64,000 bases of DNA from an uncultured Azospirillaceae bacterium (GTDB taxonomy: Bacteria; Pseudomonadota; Alphaproteobacteria; Rickettsiales; UBA3002): NCBI GenBank assembly GCA_964564675.1, contig CAZMBI010000007.1:9171-73170 (forward strand). Reading direction: 5' to 3'. Every line of letters begins with the position of its first letter. Position 1 is the stretch's first letter. Shown here piece by piece: positions 38,416 to 45,990 of the stretch. Both the position numbers and the translations under genes were made by a program. Below the pieces are notes generated by a model that saw only the letters and a list, made by a program, of their open reading frames with translations, ran no database searches and had not been told where the DNA came from.

Positions 38416-39876
38416 ATGACTGTACCGGTATTCGCGTGGGCTGTGCTTTTTAGTTTATCGCTGGCCATTGCATCATCTCATGCGCAAAATGTGAATTGCC
38501 CGACACCGCATATCACCGACGATGGCTGTATAATGAAGGGCCAGCGCGATGCTATTACGCCGGGCAGTTACAGCGATCAGTGCGGCGTATCGGTAGAAGT
38601 GGCGGGAAACTGGGTGACACTGACCGAAGGCGCCAATGTCGGCCTGGTGGTGAATGAAGACGACAGCACATTATACGCCTATCAGATCGTCGGCGATAAT
38701 ATGCAATTCCGCAAGGCGAATCCGTTCCCCGAGTTTTATTGTGAAGTGCAGGGGAATAACCTCGCCATGATTCCGGTGCCGCCGGTGCATGAGTTCATCG
38801 CGGCCTCAAACGGTAATAGCAAGGCCGCCGTTGGTGTTGATATCCCGATGGCGCAAGGGGAGTTTATCGTCTTGGAGCGGGCCAGCCCGCCGCTTCCCAA
38901 TCAAAAAACCTTAACCATCGATAACTTCATTTATGAAGCGCCGGAGCCAAACCCGGGCGCGTTTCCCTGCCAAAACACCCCGCCGGAATGTATTACCAAA
39001 GACAAGCTGTTATCTTCTTTGCCGGTGGATTTCGGCGATATGCGTTTTCGTAATGACTCCGCACCCGCCTGTATGATTTTTTCGATCGCTCCTGGCACCC
39101 AGGATGTGGAAAACTGCCAGCGTCGGCAGCATTATTATAACCTGCAACATACCAACGTATATGCCGGCGTCGGCGAGTCGTTTTCGGTGGGCCGGGTCAG
39201 TGGCGGCGGCAGCCAGGTGACGCATACCGTGCGCCCCAATGGCGGCTCATTCACCGCCGGGCCGACCGGACTGGAGTTTAGCGGGGCGAAAGCGTTGATC
39301 GGCGGCGGCAATCGCATTTATTTAAGCACCGCAGCCGGTACGCGCAGCCATAGTTTTTTAAACGGCGCGCGTTTTGAAATTAACGACAATTACAGCCTGC
39401 ATCTGAATCCGCCGGGACGTATCCGCCTGAACCGTAGCGGTGATATGCAATTGCTGGATGGCGGCACAGTGCAGGACAGCCGGGGGCGAACTATGCGCGT
39501 GATTTCGCCGATGGCCTATGTGCGCTTTGGCTCCAACCGGATTATTGAAGGCACCACATTCGGTGATCTGGCGCTCTCGGACGGCATATTATTACCCGCC
39601 TTAGCGGACGGCGCCATTCAATACGCCGCGTACACGGATTATGATATGTATTGCCCAACACCCGAGCCGCCGGAAGAGGAAATACTCAATGATCAGTTTG
39701 ACCCAAGACCGCAGAATTTTCCATGGATCAAGTCCGGCGGTACGGGCGTCCCCACCCGCTACATGAAAGCCAGCCAGGCACCCAAGGTCATGCCCTGTAT
39801 CCGCAAAAAATCTGCTGGCGGAAGCGGAAGTTCAGGCGGCAGCGGCAGGTCAGGCGGCAGCGGCGGTGGGCCTTAA
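38416..39876 (+). CDS. secreted protein (486 aa) with a Gly/Ser-rich C-terminal tail, unknown family
   Basis: Preceded by a GGGGG ribosome-binding site. Signal peptide MTVPVFAWAVLFSLSLAIASSHA, tail SAGGSGSSGGSGRSGGSGGGP. I recognise no family. Confidence 0.75.
   Translation: MTVPVFAWAVLFSLSLAIASSHAQNVNCPTPHITDDGCIMKGQRDAITPGSYSDQCGVSVEVAGNWVTLTEGANVGLVVNEDDSTLYAYQIVGDNMQFRKANPFPEFYCEVQGNNLAMIPVPPVHEFIAASNGNSKAAVGVDIPMAQGEFIVLERASPPLPNQKTLTIDNFIYEAPEPNPGAFPCQNTPPECITKDKLLSSLPVDFGDMRFRNDSAPACMIFSIAPGTQDVENCQRRQHYYNLQHTNVYAGVGESFSVGRVSGGGSQVTHTVRPNGGSFTAGPTGLEFSGAKALIGGGNRIYLSTAAGTRSHSFLNGARFEINDNYSLHLNPPGRIRLNRSGDMQLLDGGTVQDSRGRTMRVISPMAYVRFGSNRIIEGTTFGDLALSDGILLPALADGAIQYAAYTDYDMYCPTPEPPEEEILNDQFDPRPQNFPWIKSGGTGVPTRYMKASQAPKVMPCIRKKSAGGSGSSGGSGRSGGSGGGP
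39832..39864 (+). repeat. 18-bp tandem duplication (TCAGGCGGCAGCGGC core) in the Gly/Ser tail
   Basis: The core TCAGGCGGCAGCGGC occurs at 39832-39846 and again at 39850-39864, a period of 18 bp (6 codons). Confidence 0.9.
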
Positions 39877-40607
39877 GCTTCCTCTTCGCCCGTATTTAAT
39901 ATCGCCTCGGCCTGCGCCAGCCCTTGCGGGTCGCCGACATGCAACCAGTCGCCTGCATGAATCAGATATCCCAGACGGTTAAAATAACCTTCCTCCGCCA
40001 GCAACCGATCATATAAGACGTTCATCGAAAACGGCCCGTCGGGACATGCGGCAAACAGGCGGGGATGCAGCAGCTGGATACCCGTGAACACATAAGGCGC
40101 CAGCTCGCCCGCTCGGCGCCGACGCATCCTGCCCTGCTCAATGACAAAATCCCCCTGCCCGTCATATCCCACCGCCCGGTCAACCGGATGCAACAGTAAC
40201 AGCCCATCCATGCTTTCAGGCTGCCAGGTGGCTTGCAGGCGCGCCAGCGCCGGGGGCTGGTCGGTCGAATCAAGGCAGATCGTGTCGCTGTTCAAGACAA
40301 AAAAAGCGTCCTCGCCCAACAGGGGCAGGGCATTGGTGATGCCGCCTCCGGTTTCCAACGCCCGCTCTTCGCGTATCACATGCACGGCAGGTTGCCGGCG
40401 GTTACTGACATGCGCCATAATCAACTCGGCCTTATAACAGACATTGACCACCACCTCCGCCAATCCGTGGCGTTGCAGCTGGTCCAGCGCGCGATCCAGC
40501 AAGGTGCGCCCGGCAACCGGTACTAACGGTTTGGGAATCTGATCGGTCAGCGGGCGTAAGCGTTTACCGCGACCGGCGGCCAGTATCATCGCCCGCGCAG
40601 CTGTCAT
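39873..40607 (-). CDS. murU: nucleotidyltransferase (MurU-like N-acetylmuramate-1-phosphate uridylyltransferase)
   Basis: AMILAAGRGKRLRPLTDQIPKPLVPVAGRTLLD is the sugar-nucleotidyltransferase N-terminus. The gene lies downstream of the amgK-like kinase, which is conserved alphaproteobacterial synteny. Confidence 0.8.
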   Translation of the reverse strand: MTAARAMILAAGRGKRLRPLTDQIPKPLVPVAGRTLLDRALDQLQRHGLAEVVVNVCYKAELIMAHVSNRRQPAVHVIREERALETGGGITNALPLLGEDAFFVLNSDTICLDSTDQPPALARLQATWQPESMDGLLLLHPVDRAVGYDGQGDFVIEQGRMRRRRAGELAPYVFTGIQLLHPRLFAACPDGPFSMNVLYDRLLAEEGYFNRLGYLIHAGDWLHVGDPQGLAQAEAILNTGEEEA

Positions 40608-41617
40608 GCCACGGCCTGGGGACTGAAATTGGTGGTTTCGCGCGCCGCCGGCGGCACATGCGCGTCCAGCCAGAGTTTAACCGGCTCCAGCGCATCATGG
40701 TTTAGATTCTTACTCAGCAGGCGCCAGACACGCGGCAGGTAATGCAGATAGTCCGCCTTACCATCGCGCACGCACAGACGGATAAAAATGCCAATAATCT
40801 TAAGGTTGCGCTGGGCTCCGAGGATGGCGTAGCGGCGCCTGAATTCCTTCCAGTCCTCGCCGGTGTGCCGCACGTAATGCTCCATACACATGGCAACGGT
40901 TTCCGGAGCCACATCTCGCCTTGCATCCTGCAGGACAGACATCATATCATATGCCCCGTCCCCCCACAGAGCATCCTGATAATCCAGCAACCCAACACGT
41001 GCTTTGTCCCGGCGATCATCCAGCCACATCAAATTGTCGGCATGAAAGTCGCGCAATACCAGCACATTTTGATTTAAACCGGCCGAACCCAGCAGGTTTT
41101 GCCATAGCTGAAGAAACTCCGGCGCCGCCTGTTCCAGGCGCTCCGCCTCCATGATCTGCGGTAAAAACCAGTCGCTGAATATTGCTATCTCTTTGAGCAG
41201 TGTCGCCGTACCATACGGGCTGATTTTTTCCGCAATTTGCGGTGTGCTTTGCTGTTTCAGTGTCAGCAATACGTCAGTAGCCGCCAGATAGAGCCGGGCC
41301 TCATCATCTGGCTGGGCCTGCAGATATTGGGTATAGAGCATCTCTCCGAAATCCTCCAGCAGCAGCAAGCCATTGGCCTCGTCCTCGGCATAAATCTCCG
41401 GCGCTGAAAGGCCGAATTCACGCAATAAGCCGGTAATTTTGACAAAGGGCTGAATGTGCTCATCGGGCGGCGGAGCATCCATCAGAATCAATGAGCGCGC
41501 ACCGTCCTGGATACGCTCGTACCGGCGGAAGGACGCATCCGCCTTGATGGGTGTACGCTGCACGTGCGCCAGATCATGTGCCGTTAAAAACTGATCGATG
41601 ATGTCGGAACGCGCCAT
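40604..41617 (-). CDS. amgK: aminoglycoside-phosphotransferase-fold kinase (AmgK-like anomeric MurNAc/GlcNAc kinase)
   Basis: Brenner motif LRDFHADNLMWL and DYQDA; it sits between tsaE and murU. Confidence 0.8.
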   Translation of the reverse strand: MARSDIIDQFLTAHDLAHVQRTPIKADASFRRYERIQDGARSLILMDAPPPDEHIQPFVKITGLLREFGLSAPEIYAEDEANGLLLLEDFGEMLYTQYLQAQPDDEARLYLAATDVLLTLKQQSTPQIAEKISPYGTATLLKEIAIFSDWFLPQIMEAERLEQAAPEFLQLWQNLLGSAGLNQNVLVLRDFHADNLMWLDDRRDKARVGLLDYQDALWGDGAYDMMSVLQDARRDVAPETVAMCMEHYVRHTGEDWKEFRRRYAILGAQRNLKIIGIFIRLCVRDGKADYLHYLPRVWRLLSKNLNHDALEPVKLWLDAHVPPAARETTNFSPQAVA

Positions 41618-41662
41618 ATGCCCTCTTAATAATTATTAAATCGGGATTATCTCACAAAGCGT

Positions 41663-42133
41663 TCAGGAACTCAATCCGGCCGATTGCAGGCGTTGTTTCG
41701 CCTCGCGTTCTGCCATAAACGTTACTTCGCGGTTATGCTCGCCCTCTCCGAAATCGATCGTCAGGCTGATGCGGTTTTGCGGTAATTGATGCAGCACGAT
41801 TTCCGGCCATTCGATCAGCGCGATATCGCCATCCAGCGCATCTTCCAGGCCGAGTTCCTGCATATCCGTTATATCTTCCATCCGGTACAGATCATAGTGC
41901 CAGATTGTCACCGGCACGCCATCGCTTAGTGTGACATCATAGGTCTGCAACAAGGTAAAGGTAGGGCTGGTGACCCCTATTATGGCATCGCTGAGATGAT
42001 GAATAAAAGCCTGAATAAACGTGGTTTTACCCGACCCTAAATCGCCTGAAAGCGTGATACAGTCACCGGGGCGCACGATATCGGCCAGGTGAACCGCCAG
42101 CGCTTGCATCTCTTCCACACTAAAAATCAGCAT
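41663..42133 (-). CDS. tsaE: tRNA t6A37 biosynthesis ATPase TsaE
   Basis: Walker A motif LSGDLGSGKTTF plus SPTFTL and WHYDLYR motifs. Confidence 0.9.
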   Translation of the reverse strand: MLIFSVEEMQALAVHLADIVRPGDCITLSGDLGSGKTTFIQAFIHHLSDAIIGVTSPTFTLLQTYDVTLSDGVPVTIWHYDLYRMEDITDMQELGLEDALDGDIALIEWPEIVLHQLPQNRISLTIDFGEGEHNREVTFMAEREAKQRLQSAGLSS

Positions 42134-42384
42134 CGAGCAAACCGCTCCGTAAAATCAGGCAGGTGCACGAGATGCGCCCGGTTTATCAACATCCAGAAGG
42201 TTTATTGCGTGCCAATATACAATATCTTGTATAGGCCGGCCATTCATTGTAGGATCGCACCTGATGCGTCGCCACAAGATTAGCCGTAATTTTTAACCAT
42301 GTATTAAAGCATTTATCGTACTTTAGTGACATTGCGCTGAAAAACAAGATATAAGGAACACGTAACACAGGGAATGAGGTTCGT

Positions 42385-42774
42385 ATGGCTCTGAACAAAA
42401 ATATGCCGGTTCTAATCGTCGACGACTATAAAACCATGCTGCGCATCATTAAGAACCTACTGAAACAGCTTGGTTTTGAGAATGTCGATGAAGCCACAGA
42501 CGGCACCATGGCATATGAGAAAATTAAGGAAAAGGCCTATGGTCTGGTGATTTCCGACTGGAATATGGAACCTATGTCCGGCTACGAACTGCTGCAAAAA
42601 ATCCGCGCCGATGACGCGCATAAGCAATTGCCTTTTATCATGATTACCGCGGAAAGCAAAACTGAGAACGTGGTGGCGGCCAAACAAGCGGGCGTCAGTA
42701 ATTATATTGTCAAACCCTTTAATGCGGGCACATTAAAACAAAAAATTGAAGCCGTGTTCGGAGAGGCGATGTAA
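42385..42774 (+). CDS. cheY: chemotaxis response regulator CheY
   Basis: 129-aa single REC domain with VLIVDD, ISDWNMEPMSG, ITAE and VKPF positions as in CheY. Confidence 0.9.
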   Translation: MALNKNMPVLIVDDYKTMLRIIKNLLKQLGFENVDEATDGTMAYEKIKEKAYGLVISDWNMEPMSGYELLQKIRADDAHKQLPFIMITAESKTENVVAAKQAGVSNYIVKPFNAGTLKQKIEAVFGEAM

Positions 42775-42796
42775 AAAACAATGCTCAGGAGGCATC

Positions 42797-43459
42797 GTGT
42801 TGGATACACAGCAAAAACTCGGAAATTCCCTGCTTAAGAACCTGATTGGACTGCGCGAAACCAAAGGGGAAATCCGCATTGAGGATGTCGGCGCCATTCT
42901 TCAGGGCATGGCCTCCAGCCTGCAAAGTGAAACCCAAGCCGACCAGTTTTTGCGTGAGGAAATCGAGCGGATGGCAGAGTATATTGTCAGCGCGCGTAAT
43001 GAAATCATCGCCATGGTTCCCACCCCAGAGACAGGAGCGCCGGAAAATATCAATGCCGCCAGTGAGGAGCTGGAAGAAGTCGTCAAAGCCACTGAGCAGG
43101 CGACCAATACAATTATGGATGCAGCGGATAAAATCCAGGATTCGGCAAGCGGCCTGAATGATACGGACGCCAGCGCTAAGATTATGGATGAAACCATGAA
43201 AATCTATGATGCCTGTTCGTTCCAAGACATTACCGGCCAGCGGATTACGAAAGTTGTAAAAACCCTTGAGCAGGTGGAAGAGCGCGTCGTCACGCTGGTG
43301 CAGCTGTTTGGCGGCAAATTACCGGACGAGTATCAGGCCCCGGATGCGAATAAAAACCGGCGGAGCCGCCCGGACGAGGGATTAATGAGCGGTCCTCAGC
43401 GCGCCAATGAAGCGCCCAGCCAGGAAGAAATCGACAAGCTGTTCGACAGCATCCGCTGA
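42797..43459 (+). CDS. cheZ: CheZ-like CheY-P phosphatase
   Basis: FQDITGQRI active-site motif and a C-terminal CheY-binding-like peptide QEEIDKLFDSI. A GTG start at 42797 lies 4 nt after AGGAGG, while the longer ORF from 42746 overlaps cheY. Confidence 0.75.
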   Translation: MLDTQQKLGNSLLKNLIGLRETKGEIRIEDVGAILQGMASSLQSETQADQFLREEIERMAEYIVSARNEIIAMVPTPETGAPENINAASEELEEVVKATEQATNTIMDAADKIQDSASGLNDTDASAKIMDETMKIYDACSFQDITGQRITKVVKTLEQVEERVVTLVQLFGGKLPDEYQAPDANKNRRSRPDEGLMSGPQRANEAPSQEEIDKLFDSIR

Positions 43460-43566
43460 GCGTGCGCTGAGAAATAGGCTGCGAATTTAGCAAAATGTTA
43501 ACCTGGGTCGCCCTATGCTTGCAGCATATCCTAACGCAGATGGTCCGGACGTGATATAGTATTGCC

Positions 43567-45312
43567 ATGAACGCACCCAACAACAGCGCCGGCAGCGGCG
43601 GCATCGATACCGACAGCGTTACCAAGGAACTGGCGCTTATCTGGGCCGGGCATCAGGCCGTCGGCCTTAAGGGTAAAATGGCGCTTTATACCTTAAAAGG
43701 TCAGGACCCCTGGCGAACGCAACACGAGAATGTCTGCTTCTGGTTTGGCCCGGATGAAACCGATAAAGCCATCATCAAACTCAAAGAATATTATAATGAC
43801 GGCGAATTGCCGAATACTCCCTTACTGCTTAATCCCATTGTGCATGAGGTCAGTGAGGACGGTAAGGAGGCCACCCCGCTGGGTACGGGCATTATGTGGA
43901 GCACGACTTTTGCGCTTGGTATTTATCGCCTGGATGATGAGGCAATTGACCGTATCGATGAGCTCGGCGTGTACTATTCCCCCTTCCAGCGCGTTGATAA
44001 CCAGCGCGCCGGCTTAAAAATCCTGGCTTTCTCGAAGAAAAAAATAGAGCCGCTGGAAGATGGCCGCTCGCTGGAAACCAACAAGGCCTTTTACGATCTG
44101 GTCGGCATGGATGCCCCGCTTTATTACCCGTATTACCTGCTTTCCGGAGTCAAATACCTATCCCTACACGGCCTGTTTAATCACTCACATGTGGATTTGC
44201 TGGTTCCACCCGAAGACCAGCAGGATCTGACAAAACTGGTCAAGCAAAAGTGGATGGACCCGCAACTGATTCTCGACGCCCGCTATTGCTGGGATTCTTA
44301 TGACCGGATTCATTCGCTGTACAAGAAATGGGGGCGCGATCCGAATGATGTCAAACACAACAACCGTTTTTTCAATCTGTGCGCCCGTGATGTCATGCTG
44401 TTTGACGCCACCGGACCCATGCGCCAAGGCTCGGATGAAAGCTTTGAATTCCTGGTGCCGGGGCTGATTCCACGCGGGGCGATTACCGTAATCGCCGCCT
44501 CCGGAGGGTGCGGGAAAAGCTCGGTGGCCCACGAGCTGTGCGTGGACTGTGCGATAGATTACACGCCTGAGGATACCAAACCCTTTTGGCTGGGCCAGCC
44601 GGTGAATGTGAACGTTGCCAAAGGGATTTGCGTATATTTCTCCGGGGAAGACGGGCCGGCCATTATTAACGCACGGGGTGAATTGTTCGACCCAGAACGC
44701 CGGGCGCTGCGCCTGCAGTTCCACCGCGCCGAGTTCGGCAGCGACGATACCACCTTCGCCGAATTCGTTACCTCCCGCCTGCGCAAGATGCCCGATATTC
44801 CGGTGATGGTGGTTGACCCGGCGCGGAAATATCTCTCCGGAGACGAAGAAGACTCACAGGTCGTCAGTGAATTTTTCTTTGCGCTGGAAGAGCTTGCCAT
44901 GACGAAAAACTGCGCGGTCATCGTCGTGCACCACCTGAAAAAAGGAGCCAAGCCGCAATCGATCCCGGAAGTGCTGGATGAATTGCGCGGCAGCCAGGTC
45001 TTTATTGACCGCGCGCGGGTGGTGCTGGGCATGTTCCGCAACGGCATTCACACCCATGTCGGGCTGGCGAAAAATAATATCCCACCCTCGCTGGGCATGG
45101 TCACCGAAGAACGGGTGTTCGTGCGTAACCCGAAAACGCTACGTCTGATGTGGCTGCCGGGTGAAGACGGTGTGCGCCGCGATACGATGTCGCAGGAAGA
45201 GCTCGACCGTATTGAGTATGAATCCTTTATGCAGCAGGTGGAGCGGGCCAAAAGCGGTGGCGCAATCGCCGCCGACGAGGTGGATGATTATATCCCGCCG
45301 AGCCAGCGGTGA
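43567..45312 (+). CDS. RecA-fold ATPase of the AAA_25/RepA-like type with an uncharacterised N-terminal domain of about 280 aa
   Basis: Walker A (AASGGCGKSS), Walker B (PVMVVDPARKY) and AVIVVHHLKKG resemble plasmid/phage RepA-like (AAA_25) helicase-loader proteins. I do not recognise the N-terminal half. Confidence 0.7.
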   Translation: MNAPNNSAGSGGIDTDSVTKELALIWAGHQAVGLKGKMALYTLKGQDPWRTQHENVCFWFGPDETDKAIIKLKEYYNDGELPNTPLLLNPIVHEVSEDGKEATPLGTGIMWSTTFALGIYRLDDEAIDRIDELGVYYSPFQRVDNQRAGLKILAFSKKKIEPLEDGRSLETNKAFYDLVGMDAPLYYPYYLLSGVKYLSLHGLFNHSHVDLLVPPEDQQDLTKLVKQKWMDPQLILDARYCWDSYDRIHSLYKKWGRDPNDVKHNNRFFNLCARDVMLFDATGPMRQGSDESFEFLVPGLIPRGAITVIAASGGCGKSSVAHELCVDCAIDYTPEDTKPFWLGQPVNVNVAKGICVYFSGEDGPAIINARGELFDPERRALRLQFHRAEFGSDDTTFAEFVTSRLRKMPDIPVMVVDPARKYLSGDEEDSQVVSEFFFALEELAMTKNCAVIVVHHLKKGAKPQSIPEVLDELRGSQVFIDRARVVLGMFRNGIHTHVGLAKNNIPPSLGMVTEERVFVRNPKTLRLMWLPGEDGVRRDTMSQEELDRIEYESFMQQVERAKSGGAIAADEVDDYIPPSQR

Positions 45313-45315
45313 TTA

Positions 45316-45873
45316 TTATTTCGCAGGGCTTTTTTCTACCTGCCTTCCATCGCTTGCAGTACCAGGCGTTAGCTCGCACAATTCCTCGATCGGCCTGCCA
45401 TCAACTTTGAATTTCCCTTGCGTATCAATTCTTGAATATAAGGGGGCAGTAGGATCAGTCGTTGCCCTTTCCCCTGCTTCTAGTAAAGCCTTTATTGTCT
45501 GGTTTTCTTCGGGATTAAAAATAGCAGTTTTCCCATCCGGCGTTTTCATTATATCTCTATCAATGTTTTTCTCTTCCTTTAATTCTTGCATCGAATATTC
45601 AGGAATCGATTCTTCAGTGTTGCCTTTAGTACAATCTGCCACGGCATAACCCAATTTACTTACCGGGTATCTAAGATTATCGTCCAACCACTTTAAACCG
45701 GTTTTAACCGATGGTTCAGCCCACTCGGTTTCATTATATATCTCTAACATATTACCAGCGTCATCTGTAAAAGAGTGTCGCGCAACACCACCCAATTTGC
45801 CTGCAATTTCACTTTCATAATCTATAGTCGATTGCCCTTGCTCTGATTGCCCATCAGTCATGGCGTCCTCCAT
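45316..45873 (-). CDS. hypothetical protein (185 aa), acidic, AT-rich gene
   Basis: ORF with an ATG start. It looks clearly AT-richer than the surrounding sequence. I recognise no family. Confidence 0.55.
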   Translation of the reverse strand: MEDAMTDGQSEQGQSTIDYESEIAGKLGGVARHSFTDDAGNMLEIYNETEWAEPSVKTGLKWLDDNLRYPVSKLGYAVADCTKGNTEESIPEYSMQELKEEKNIDRDIMKTPDGKTAIFNPEENQTIKALLEAGERATTDPTAPLYSRIDTQGKFKVDGRPIEELCELTPGTASDGRQVEKSPAK

Positions 45874-45990
45874 TAATTAAGATTGTTTAATTAAGGATTA
45901 TTTTATTGTGTGATGATGTCAGTTTGATGACCGCAGCATGACATTTTGATGACGTTACCGGCAAATCCATTGCTCATGGGCGCTTATTGC

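Noticed and set aside
42186-42398. 70-aa minus-strand ORF in the tsaE-cheY intergenic region.
   Set aside because: It overlaps the cheY start, and I recognise no motif or ribosome-binding site. The region reads like an AT-rich promoter sequence.
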